A stretch of DNA of 63,915 nucleotides, counting the filler, from Licmophora abbreviata (lineage: Eukaryota): assembly GCA_900291995.1 (NCBI GenBank). It is 8 parts of 8 records of this genome, joined end to end, with 100 filler letters (N's around TTAATTAATTAA, not from the genome) between each part and the next. Parts side by side here need not be neighbours in the genome. Positions count along the whole stretch, not along the records: positions 43,546 to 48,155 come from OLMU01000067.1; positions 48,256 to 54,510 come from OLMU01000068.1; positions 54,611 to 58,041 come from OLMU01000069.1; positions 58,142 to 62,127 come from OLMU01000071.1; 4 more parts are not named here. One strand, 5' to 3'. Below the pieces are notes generated by a model, which was not told the DNA's origin, did no database searches, and saw only the letters and a list, made by a program, of their open reading frames with translations. A program made the position numbers and the translations under genes. Below, in pieces: positions 46,848-58,703 of this stretch. The number at the start of each line of letters is the position of its first letter. The first letter of the stretch is position 1.

Positions 46848-47836
46848 TTACATGGAAGAGATACTTTCCCCCTTTCCACCAAGCGAAATGCCACATGTGA
46901 CAACGACAATCGCGTCCAAGAGAAGCCATGCCATGGAGGGACCCTTGGCAAACTCTTCATCGGAGAAGAAGTTCGCCTGGATTTGCATAATTAATGCAGG
47001 AATCCAGGAATAACCGAACGATTGCATCGGATCGACTCCCCAGGCGAGACAAGCCTGGTAGATTGCAAGCCCAGAGATGATGTAGCCCCATGTCTTCGTG
47101 CCATTGCTCAGCCCAACCTCATCAATACCGCCCCAGGCTTCGGCGAGCTTGTCGGGGGCCAAGGCCATGGCCGCACCATTGACCAAGTTCCACACGGCGT
47201 ACGCCTTGACAGCCGTGTCGGCGTACGAAGCGCCACTAAGGCAGGCATAGGCGACGACGGCGATAATAGCAAAGACAAATGCCTGCTTGTCAGCAGGATA
47301 GCCGAGCTTCTCGGGATCCTTGTTCCAGAAGCACTTGACAAACTCCAGAAGCCTAAAATTAAGATTATCGGCAATGGGGTGTGAGTGGAGGATATGTTAG
47401 TTTGGTGGTCTCAGAAGTCTCCACGAGGTCTACACGGTAGTCTGCCTTACATAGGGATCGTGCTGATTCCGACAGCAGTGTTTAGGTCAGCGCCCTGAGA
47501 CAGAAGCTGATAAGCCAAGAGGGCGAAGCTCAACAGCGTAGAACCCTGACGCTCGGCGAGATTTTCGAGCAACGGACTGGATGGCAGCCCGTAGACTTCA
47601 AGCGTGCGAGACGGAGACATGACGGATAGGGCTCCCTGGGTTCCCACAAGTATGGTCGCCAGCTTGGCCGTGTCTGTCGGGTTGAGCGGCCCCGCGCCGC
47701 CCCGCACCGACAAGGCAATCTTCGGATCGACATGGTGGTTGTCATCAAGCCTGGACGCGCGCGGGAGAAAGGGACTCGCGTTACGACGAGCGGCTGTCAG
47801 TCCAAGTAGAACAAACAAGAGAGTACGTTTCAACAT
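46848..47836 (-). CDS. Hypothetical multi-pass membrane protein with signal peptide and an LSVRGG motif
   Basis: Signal peptide MLKRTLLFVLLGLTAA. Intron 47450-47353 joins in frame to ORF 46848-47195. Several hydrophobic segments. Confidence 0.7.
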
Positions 47837-48155
47837 AATGGTAACCACGGTAACAAGGGATTGAGAGGTCAGTTGTGGCAGACAGGAGTCGTTCAGGTAG
47901 TGATGGTGTCATCAAGGTCGTCGCGTCGTGTGTTCGTGTCTTGTTGAATGCGTGTCACGGAAAGATACCGCCGGCTCGCGCGACGTATGAGACACGATTC
48001 TGATGTCACGCGTTTCGACAGAAGCCTCTCCGCGCGACGAAAAGTAGCGTGATGTTTCGAAGACAAAAAAAGAAAGAGAATGTGATGTTCAGTGTGTGCC
48101 GTGCCGCGACTGCACATGATCGCGGATGCCAGAAGTCTTGAAACACATACTGTTC

Positions 48156-48255
48156 NNNNNNNNNNNNNNNNNNNNNNNNNNNNNNNNNNNNNNNNNNNNT
48201 TAATTAATTAANNNNNNNNNNNNNNNNNNNNNNNNNNNNNNNNNNNNNNNNNNNN
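48156..48255. other. Assembly gap with TTAATTAATTAA linker
   Basis: Same 100-nt spacer as the other gaps. Confidence 0.97.
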
Positions 48256-48303
48256 ATTTTCTTTGACCCCGCTTAGCCTCGTAAATCATCTCGAATTCGC
48301 ACT

Positions 48304-51002
48304 ATGTCATCCGGCGATATCTATGGTGCGATCTCGGCGGAAGGCGAAAGCACGGCGTATGGATTTTCGGGGCAGTCTATGTCCCATGGAGACGACGGCC
48401 GCTCGCTCCTGTCGACAGACGCTTCTACGGTTCCCGAGTTTCTCCAGTTGAACTACTTAACATCTAAAGCTTTCGCTCCAGCTGATGACTCGGTAGATGC
48501 CAGGACTGAATCAGAAGAGAGCTGGGAGCTCGTTAGAGAGTGGTTGCGATCTCATCCCGCATTGGAAGTTAAATCTGCTGCTGAACAGAAAGGCGAGAAT
48601 GGCATGACAGCCCTCCATTTTGCTTGCCGCAACGGACCTCCCATTGATGTCATTAATGTATTTCTTAGTGTCGCCGGCGAGACGGCGACTCGGCCTGATA
48701 ATTTTGGGTGGCTCCCTTTGCACTACGCGTGTGCGTGCAACGCAGCCCTCAACGTCATCACGCGGCTATCTTCCACCTTTCCTGAAACCAAGGTGGCGAA
48801 GGATCGACGGGGACGGACTCCTCTCATTTTTGCCGTCGAAATCAGTGGGAACAAACCTGATCTCGTGGCAGTTTTAAGTTCTACTGGAGCTGCAGCGATT
48901 CCCGATGACAATGGCATGTTGGTAAGTGCTGTCTCTATGGAACAGACGAGATAATCACCCTGAACATTTTGTCTCAACGAGAGTCTGGCTTCTTCTTCGT
49001 TTTTGTTCTCCTCTTGCACAGCCGCTCCATTATGCTGCTGCGACAGGTGTATCCGAGGAAACGTTGCTGGTCCTAACCCATGCTCATCACGACGCCATTC
49101 ATACGCGCGATAAGCGCAACCGGACACCATTACAGTTTGCATTGTAAGTGTGCTTGGTGGTGCGCTCTGGTAAAGTGCTCCTGATTGTGCTCACGTCTTT
49201 ATGTATCTGATGCCTCGCACTTGCAGGAGTAATGCTGGTCGACCAGCATCTCCCGGTGCTGTCCGTCATATACTGAATCTCGACCCCAATCTCGTCAACG
49301 GGGAAGAAGATAGCTCTCTCCCACTTCGCGTCTTGTCGGAATACGCCGCAACTTTAGGTCAGGACACTGCAGAAGAGTTGCAGTACCGGAACAACACATT
49401 TAAGTGTTTCGAGTACGTCCTTGAGGCCGACCCCCAACCGACGGCCGCCTTCTTTACAGCACTTCAGGGATTACCAAGTTGGCTCTCGGAGCGAGCGGTA
49501 GTCATCCCGGCTGTACAGGTTCTGCTCAACGAGAAGATATCGCAGAGGTTCCCCACAGCTGTCCAAATGCTCGATTTCTATTTCTTGATACTTGTTATTG
49601 TCGCCTACTCTGCGAACGTAATTGATGCTATCAACACACGCTTCGATGGAGACGACAAGAACGGAATTGATGGTATTCTACTCATTCTCCAGTACGTGAG
49701 CATTGCCTACTTTATCCTTCGCGAAGTAGTGCAAGTGATCTCTCTCATCAGTCTAAAAGCCCTCAATGTGTGGTTTAAAGCCACTTCGAATTGGCTGAAT
49801 CTCGTTTTCATTGTCCTCGTGTTGACCATGAGTATCCTGATGGACTCTGGAAGCGGCGACAACTTCACGTTCCGCACCGCAGCGGCCGTTGCCGTCATTT
49901 TCATTTGGCTCAAGGTATTTGTGTACCTGCGGAATTTCTCGGTCGATTTTGCCGTCTTTGTCGGAGGCGTGTTCTACATTGCTAGACGCCTTGTGGCGTT
50001 CCTGGTGTGTTTGGGCATTATGCTGGTTGCGTTTGCGCAAATGTTCCGTACCGTCTTTCAGCAATCGGATATGTGTATTGACAGCGAGCCATATCGACCC
50101 ATTGAGCTAGTCCGGTGCGAAGAACAGACAGATTCGAGTTTCCCTTATTGTCGTGCTTGGCCGGCATTTCTCGATGTTTACACGATGCTTTTGGGAGAAG
50201 TCGACGAAACGATGTTTACGTCGGATCTCTTCGCCACGATTCTGGTGAGTTGAACGGGAATTACTTCTTTTAAAATTTGCGAGGGCCAGTGTGAACTCAC
50301 CCTCGTCGATCTTTCACTTTCCTTACACAGTTCATTTTGTTCATGTTCTTGATTGTAATTTTGCTCGCGAACGTCCTTATTGCGATTGTGACGGACTCTT
50401 ATAAGGTAATTCAGGATCAGCGCGCGGCAATCGTCTTCTGGACAAATCGTTTGGATTTCGTTGCTGCCATGGATGCCATTGCGAACGGACCTTGGAAACA
50501 GCGTATTGGCTTGCCTGACACCGCAGAAGTGACGATCGAACCCGAGGCTTCCATAGGATCGGACCTCTGGAAAAGGATTATTGATCTATTCGAGGATGAA
50601 ATTGACGGCGGCGTCACGTCAGTCGAGTTTTGGGTTATTCCTGCGTTTCGAGTCTTGACAGCGGTTGTCATTGTTCCGTTTTGGCTCGCTCTCGGTATCC
50701 TATCATGTGGATGGCTATGGCCCCCGCAAATTCGTGAAGCGATTTTTACAAGCGACGTGTCCAAACACTCTTCCGAATCCGCTGAGCAAGATGACCTCCG
50801 AAAGACGCAAGTTCAGAATCTTACGAAGGAAGTGAAGGAGTTGGAGATTGACTTTGAGAAGGAGCTGGCCATGGGCAGGACGCAGATTGTTGAAACCAAG
50901 TCTTCGATTGCCGGACGAAAGGCTGATATTTCCAAAGAAATGAAGGATATCAAACGAATCATCGCCACTCTGTTTGAGCAGCAATCGTTCGTCGGTACTT
51001 AG
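48304..51002 (+). CDS. Ankyrin-repeat TRP-like cation channel (5' end possibly across the gap)
   Basis: Ankyrin repeats (GMTALHFAC, GWLPLHYAC, GRTPL, PLHYAA); six TM segments; pore YTMLLGE; S6 FMFLIVILLANVLIAIVTDSY; TRP-box-like FWTNRL; C-terminal coiled coil. Introns 48922-49021, 49144-49226 and 50245-50330. TTGAC...TTAG at ~48263-48276 looks like an acceptor for a missing upstream exon. Confidence 0.87.
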
Positions 51003-51345
51003 CTAGAAGAAGAGGAAGAGCCCGTCTACGCCCTATTGCCATTCAGCTCATATTGACTGTGGACGCTGCAGTTGCGTTAACCTAAAGATGCGCTACTGTA
51101 TGTTAAGCTTTACATCGTCGTTCCTCTGTAGTACCTATTCAGGTAGGACCGTATAGGCGTGAACGTTGCGAGCGGTTGGGTCTCGCTTGCGTCGTTTTGG
51201 TAGTCTACCGGCAGGACACACGAATGAAATACGAGCTGCGGACTCGAGCTCGTACTATAACATTTTCACGCGGTGACAGGCCTCAACAGGATGTTTCGCT
51301 GCAACCTCACATTTTCCTTGAGGCCAGGCCATCGTGTGCTCCACC

Positions 51346-54300
51346 ATGTCTACCGCAGCCGCAACTCCCCTTGACTTTGCTTCTCTCCTATCTCGGAACA
51401 ATCGTCCTGCACGAGTGACTCGATTGATCCCACAAGAGGCGTTTAAAGAACTCGATCCGAATGAGAAACATCCGTCGCATCAAGACACAACTTCAGCCGC
51501 CGCCGATGAGCAGCAAGAAGCCGCGTCCCTCGCTCGCGATTTACAAGTGTCCAAGCTTGTCATGGAGCTTGTGTCCAAGACACCTGCGTATAGTCGGCAT
51601 GTAGAGAGTGGAACGAAGTTAGTGCCGAATTCATCTGAATGGATCGACTCAGTTGAAAAAGTGCCAAAACCACCAACACACGAATGGGAGAAGCTTCCTC
51701 CCTCACTGCATGAAGTCGAGCTGGGAGATTGGGAAAAGAATATTCGATGGGGTGGTGCGGAGGAAGAAAAGCCAGATGATGCGAAAAGTGAGGATGCTGC
51801 CGCCCTGCTGGGAAAACGGCGGAACCCTTACTTGGAGGCGCTTGTGTTTGACAAGTCCAACATCAACTGGGAGGGGTCTCGTGAAGATGCCATGGAAAAG
51901 GCTCGTCGAGTGCCACTCATCCTGGAAATAGGAACTGCCGGTCAGTCGATTGCCCGCCAAGTATTACCAGTTTCTCGACCGGCTCCCTTTGGTCAGTCCA
52001 AAGAGTACTTGCAGCGAATGGAAAAGGAATGGTCAACGCCTGCGACATCTTCTGCAGAACTAGCTCGAGGAACGCTGCACGCCGATCGCGACCAGATGAA
52101 CGCGCAAATTGAAGCCCGACAAAAGCGACGAGAGAAACTGGCGAAGGATAAGAGGCTGCGAGTGACGGAGGCCATGGGTACGCTTTCACTGGGAGCAGGG
52201 AAAGGACGTACGATTACGTCTAGTTTGATGGGACCGGGTGGGACAGAGCGGACGGGTCGCCCCACAAGATTCGGAGGATCGACCTCTCACGATATGGAAT
52301 ACATTGAACAGCTCGATCTGGTGTACAACTACACACTCGTAAAGCCTGATTTGCGCAAAGTGGAGCTACGGCAATATCATCGACCGCGTCTGCCTTTGAA
52401 CGTAGTCCGAAAGGAAAGGCCGTGGCAATTCCAGATCAGATACATTGATACCGGGAAAAAGACGGACCCGACGAATAACTCGTCGTCATATCAATCCATG
52501 ATGATAGGAAGTCATGTGGGAGCTACATCTCAAGCCAAGATTAGGAACGAGGCGGATCTGAGTCCGTCCGAAGGGAAACTCGTGCTTCTCGAATATTGTG
52601 AGGAACGACCGCCGATTCAACTCACGAGGGGCATGGGCAGCAAGATTGTCAACTTTTATCGAGGCGAGCGATCAATGTGTCCTGTATCAGCAGGCGGTGG
52701 CGACCGGCCGACGCGTCGCAAGAGACGAGAAAATGCTGGTGCCGCCAAGGATACGGGATCAGGCAAGGTAGAGAGGCCGCCGCGCCTGGTTGGTCCGAAC
52801 GAAGCCGCCGATACTACCTTGGCGGACTGGATCGGAAAGCCCCCGAAGAAAGCATCGCGAGAGGATCGCAGTGATAAACCGTCGGTCGACGTCATCCCGG
52901 AAGGCGTAACGGAAATCTTGCATAGCAAGGTTCATGGACCTTTCATTGGCGAAATCGAAGAAGGAGTGACGCAGACTGGGCTTGTCAGCAACTTGTTCGT
53001 GGCGCCAATGTTTCGTCACGAGTCTGAATCGACTGATTTCTTGATGGTTCTAGGAAGAAAAACCGCTGGTGCTCGTTTGTCCGGCTCACCTCAATCAATG
53101 GGTGTCATATTGAGACCCTTGCCAACCAGTCTTTTTGCGGTGGGACAGATTGAGCCACGTACCAGAGTGTACGCCCCGAACACGACCGCCGAGCGCAGTT
53201 TCACGACACCTTTCATTTCGTATCAAATTGCCAAGGCATTGACGCTCACTGAATCTGCGGAGGGACACGGCCTTCGTTTCGATGAGATCCAGGATGCCTT
53301 GTTTGCGAACACCCACATCCAGGGGAATGCGCTGCGGCAGCGTATCAGGACTGTCGCCATCTACGACAAGAATACGCAGATATGGACCTCCAAACCAGTG
53401 GGCTTTGAAGAGTATCCTGGCGTGGAAACTCTTGGTCGACGTTTCACTCCGGAGGGTGTCGCTGCGTATGAGATGGAATGTAGCGCGATGAGACGTCTGG
53501 CGGACCTCGGAATCCACGAGATCTTTTCCGGTGCAAACAGCGTCGCTGCGGTGGGACTTGTCATGTTGTACCTGACTGGTCAAATGAATGCTACTCGTGA
53601 GATGTCTCGGAAAATGAAGAAGTCGTTTGAATTCGTCAAGACATCGAAGAATAGCACCAATACTCAAGTCGCGCTTTACCAAAAGGCTTCGGAAGATCTC
53701 GCGGCGGCATGGAAAGATATCCGACGGAAGCACGAAGTCGCCAAATTTATTTATGAAGAGCTCCAACTAGCCCCATGGCATGTAACAAACGAATTCATCG
53801 AGGTCCACAAAAACGGCCAGGTACGTACGGCACTTTGCACTTGATGGTTGGCGTCGCAGACCTCTACATGCACTAACCGTATCGGTCATTCAAAAATTAC
53901 AGGGAACCGGCATGATGCAGTTGACCGGCCTTGGTGACCCATCAGGACTAGGAGAGGGCTACAGCTTTCTTCGCGAGATCGATACCAAGCCGAGCAAGAT
54001 GGGAGCGAACACCAACGGGGCACTGAACGCCCAGATTAAGAAGATCACCGGCACCGTGAACGATCTGAGAAAGCTTACTATGAAACAGATGGCTAGCCTC
54101 CTCCGATCGTACGGACTACAAAACAAGGAGATAGACAAGTTGAAACGATGGGATCGTGTACACGTGATCCGAGATCTGTCGACTAAGGCCGCAAGCGACG
54201 GTATGGGTGATGGTCTAGAACGATTTGCTCGTGGGGAGAAGATGAAACTCAGCGATCAGAAGCGCATGTACCAGGCACGAATCCAAGAAATTTGGCGTCG

Positions 54301-55975
54301 CCAGAGGGCAACCCTTTCGACAGATGGGGGCGATACTACAGGGAGGACCGCTGGAGCCTCAGCTGAAGGTGTATCCTCGGCGGCATCTGAGGTCGAGACG
54401 ACAACCACAACCAGTGATGCACAACCAACCTCCAGGGAAGTCGAGAAGAAAGAAACCGATTCCGACTCCGACGGTGATGACGACGACCTTGCCGCCATGC
54501 TAGAAGAGGANNNNNNNNNNNNNNNNNNNNNNNNNNNNNNNNNNNNNNNNNNNNTTAATTAATTAANNNNNNNNNNNNNNNNNNNNNNNNNNNNNNNNNN
54601 NNNNNNNNNNGGTGATGACGACGACCTTGCCGCCATGCTAGAAGAGGACTTAAAAGATGTGAATGTTCGACAAACCAACCAGCTTGTGGCTGAACAGATG
54701 CGTGGAAAGACCGGCGACGAAGAAGCATCGAGAGGCCTTCTTGGCCAACAGATCCGTGAGGGCGGAAAGGACTACAGCAAGGATGCAAGGGAGCTTGCTG
54801 CGCTGAAACGACAACGGGAGGAAGAGCGTGCCGCACAGGAAGGTGGAATTGGTGGTCCCGAGACGTCTCCGAGTGTAGGGCGCGATCTATCCATGGTCGA
54901 CAAGAAGGTTGTTCGCCGACGAATCACTAAGACGTTCCCTGACGGTCGGCAGAAGACTATATTCAAGTTTGTTATTGCGCAGAACGAAGTCGAGAAAGTC
55001 AGCCAGCGGAAACAGGAACGAGCGCACGAAGACGACACCGGAAAGAAGAAGTACGTGTACAAGCCAGATCCACGACCCGTCGGACATGCCATCTTCGAGG
55101 ACGAGGACGACGTGGATCACCACCGATCTCGCTCTGGCTTTCGACTTCAAGTGCAGAGACGAACGATCCATGGGGCCTCTGGGACGATGAAAGCGCCATC
55201 ACGGTCCCAGAAGGGCGCTGTGCGAATGGGAAAGCTCAAACATAGAGTTTCTCACGAAAAGCGACTGAAGAAAAGAAAGCGCGAAGAAGAGGAAGCTGAT
55301 CTCTATGTGGCAGCGTCAAAGCGCTTGGGAACAAACAACAGAAGACAGCGTGGCTCGGCAAGGGAGAGAATGCCGCATGTCAAACTGGCCGATAGGCTAG
55401 AGTCGATTCGAAACAGGGCCGAGAAGGAGCCTGGTTCCGAGCCATTTCATCGTCCAGTCAACCGACGTGCGCTTCCTCGCTACTATGAAGTTATTCACGA
55501 CCCAATCGATCTTCAGACAATACGTGATAAGAACCAGAGGTAAGGGAACACTTTCAACGCATTCTGCGCGCTGAGCGGCAGGGCGACTCACCATGTCTGC
55601 TAACAATACACTGCTTATAGGTATGAATACAAGACTGCCGACGCTTTCCTTCGCGATTTTGATCTTATGAAGAGAAACGCTGCCAAGTTCAACACAGCAA
55701 CCAGCGTGCTCGCGGGAAACGCAAATAATATCTACGAGTTTGTGCAGGCCGAAATCGAGAAAGATCGAAGTGAACTCACGGACTTGGAGGAGGCCGTCAA
55801 GGAGCAGCTCAGCGGCAAGAAGAAGAAGAAGCGCAAGAAAGCCACGGCGAAAACCAAGCCGAGTCCTGGCGGCGTCAATCAAGGCGCAAACGTGGTCGTC
55901 AACAAGGATGGAGTAGCCGTCAATCTAGGAGATATTTCGGGTGATTTCAATTTCGCTGACAGCGATAGCGACTAA
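51346..55975 (+). CDS. TAF1: TFIID subunit 1 (TAF1) with DUF3591 core and one C-terminal bromodomain
   Basis: LRQYHRPR, LEYCEERPP...GMGSKIVNFYR, SNLFVAPMFRH...TDFL, EELQLAPW, LTGLGDPSGLGEGYSF, TGTVNDLRKL, LKRWDRV; bromodomain PFHRPV...YYEVIHDPIDLQTI...NAAKFN. Introns 53821-53902 and 55540-55620. Confidence 0.95.
54511..54610. other. Spurious assembly gap inside TAF1 (flanks overlap by 38 bp)
   Basis: 54473-54510 is identical to 54611-54648. Confidence 0.95.
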
Positions 55976-56061
55976 GGCACACTATATCTGGTTTCCACGA
56001 AAATGCAGACTTGGAATTTCATGGAACAGAACTTTCTATCTTACTGGTTGTCTAGTTCCAA

Positions 56062-58041
56062 TCAGTTTTGCCACATCTCGTCAACTTTAATGATTTCGTC
56101 GCCCTTCTTGATATCCTTCGTTGCCACCATGAAAACATCGAAACTCAGTCGGTGACGCTCATAAACAGGAGAGTAGGATGGTCTTGACCCAGATGGATGA
56201 GACGGGATCCACCTTCCGACGTTGCCTTCGGCTCCGGCCTCTTCACTATCCCGCATCATGAAAGAAGCCCCGATTTCGACGACGTTGACGCCGATACCCT
56301 CGGCTGAGCTTGGGTGCCCATTGAAGTCGATGAAACCAAGTAGCTCTTCAATAACAGTTACCTTGCCGGTTCCTTCAATTTCTGTATTGCGCTGCAAGTT
56401 TTCGATTGTCCGGTCCGTAATGAGGAAGGAACTTGCCAAGTGGTGGGGCATAATGTACGATCCGATTGGGATATCCTTGGTCGCAAAAATCTTTGTGAGC
56501 ATTTCTCCGTCGACCTCTTCCCCCTCTACCCGAAATGAGCTCGCTTCTTCGTCTTCTAAGGCAAAGTCATGCAGCTCCTTTTTCGGGTCCAACCAGCGAT
56601 ACGCGCATTCAAACGGTATCGGTTCTCGCCGGCAGTACACCGACTCCCATGCCTTAGGCGGGAAACGGTACGAGCGTTGGGTGCCTCCATCAAAATGAGC
56701 AAGCGCGCGCTTCTTGGAATGCGTACGCAGAATGCGATCGTAAATTTGGTAGTCCACCACATCAATCTCTGCGTACCAGCGACTGCGGCACTCTGCGCTC
56801 CTGCAAGCCACTAGAAATGAGTGAGGCTCATTGAAACCACAGTGGGCTTCTTCGTACACGAGAATCGCAGCAACTTCGCTATTTTGTTCCAACATGTTCG
56901 TCAATGTCTCACGTTTGCGGTACATTCCATGCGAGGCGTCAGGGTCGTTCACATTCGGCGCTGTGCCCACTTGAATTACCAACACACCCTCGTCCGACAG
57001 GCTCGAAATAAGACTCGACAAGAAATTGGAATTGCTGTACAGATTGTCGGAAATGTCTGTAATTTCATCTTCCGGATCCAGCGCATCGACAACAATAACA
57101 TCAATAGGATCTTTCGGCGCCGTTTCGGACGGCTGTGGCCCGTAGCGATCAATGAACCATTGCATGGCGTCCTCGAAAATAACAGTGGAGAGGTTGTCGT
57201 CAAAGCAGTTGTCGGCGCGACCCTTGAGATCGGTACAATTCGAGAATTCTGGCAAATACTGGCGGGATAAATCAATCAGCATGTGGTCGATATCAATCAT
57301 GGTGGCTGACTGAACCGTGCTGTGTTTGAGAACTTCGCGAAGCGTGGCGCCCTCGCCTCCTCCCACAATGACAACATTCTTCGGTCCCGGATGAGCAAAC
57401 ATTGCCGGGTGCACCAAGGCTTCGTGATAGACAGCTTCCGACGATCTTAGACTCTACAATGGAAAGAGACAGAAGAATCGAAAGCTGAGTCTATGGCAAC
57501 ACGATAAAAATCATTCATCACTTGGTCGGTTTTGTATACACACCTGAATAGTACCGTCTAGAAACAGGAGTCGATCAGGAGAAGAAAGTTCGGGGGTATT
57601 CCAACGTGGATCGCCCGGCTGAAGATTATGACGAAGCGCGTCTTCGTAAGATGGAGTGTCGTCACTCTCGACGAGATCCCAGATATCAATCTTCTGATAT
57701 GGACTCTCGACCGATACTATGAGTTCCTTCTTGTATACGTCCAGGGGCGATAGAATCCACGATGTCAAATCGCTCTGATTGTCCAGGTAGTTGTGTTCGG
57801 TCTGTTCTCGGAATCCTCGGAGCTCATGGGCCCATTGCGTGGTCGGATCCTCCCCGATGGCAAAGAGCTTTTCAATGGTGGGGACGACTGGAAGCAGAGG
57901 CGAATTGCCGCACGTGAACAAGTCGAGTGTAATGACACCTTCGTCGGGCCACGTGTGAAATGAAATATGCGACTCCAGCAGGACCCCAACGCACGAGACG
58001 CCGGCGGGAACGAGAGAATGGCAATGATAGCTCAGCAGAGT
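56062..58041 (-). CDS. AdoMetDC-aminopropyltransferase-SET-like fusion (putative long-chain polyamine synthase); 5' end truncated by a gap
   Basis: GVSCVGVLLESHISFHTWP...TLDLFTCG (prokaryotic-type AdoMetDC, E|SH pyruvoyl site at 57975-57967). SPYQKIDI, LFLDGTIQ|S, YHEALVHPAM, VGGGEGATLREVLKH, VVDALDP (aminopropyltransferase). IFATKDIPIG...VATKDIKKGDEI (SET-like). Intron 57543-57454. Confidence 0.9.
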
Positions 58042-58141
58042 NNNNNNNNNNNNNNNNNNNNNNNNNNNNNNNNNNNNNNNNNNNNTTAATTAATTAANNN
58101 NNNNNNNNNNNNNNNNNNNNNNNNNNNNNNNNNNNNNNNNN
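58042..58141. other. Assembly gap with TTAATTAATTAA linker (hides the 5' end of the polyamine fusion gene)
   Basis: Same 100-nt spacer as the other gaps. Confidence 0.97.
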
Positions 58142-58703
58142 GCCAAGACTTCTCGGTCTCTGTAGCGTCCCTTTATCCCTGATCCCCAAAACTACAACTC
58201 AAGTGGTTGCGTAGCCTTTGAGAATAGCAATTCAAAGCGAAGGTAAGAGACGACAGTCACACAGAGTAGATAAGTGCAGCTGTCTCCTCTCGGCGTGGAC
58301 ACGACACACGACGCAGCTTCGCGCTTTCAGTTCCAAAACTGAAGAAACATTGATAATAGGGCCTTTCTACGCGATTTATTACCGGCCCAAGCGTAGATAA
58401 GAAAGTAACCGGATCGGTCATACGATAAATCTGGAATGGCTCCACGAGGTCGAACCCGAAATCAATATTGTTTCGAGCTCACACATCTGTGTTGAGCCAT
58501 TATGTGCTCCTCTCAACTACGTCGTAAGTACTATATCAACTCTTTTTCCATGTTTAAGAAGGAAAGTAGTGCAGTTTCAATGTGCAAGTGCAACCCCGAT
58601 GATAAGGTCAACGTCTAGATAAACCTCGTAAAAACGCACTTCGAACAGAGCTTGCTTGGATGTAATCTATCGAACTACCATAGCACATAGCTCGACTCTG
58701 AGA

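Noticed and set aside
58142..58700. 5' exon of the polyamine fusion gene to the right of the gap
   Set aside because: No convincing minus-strand coding frame or signal peptide was seen; the true 5' end is probably inside the gap.
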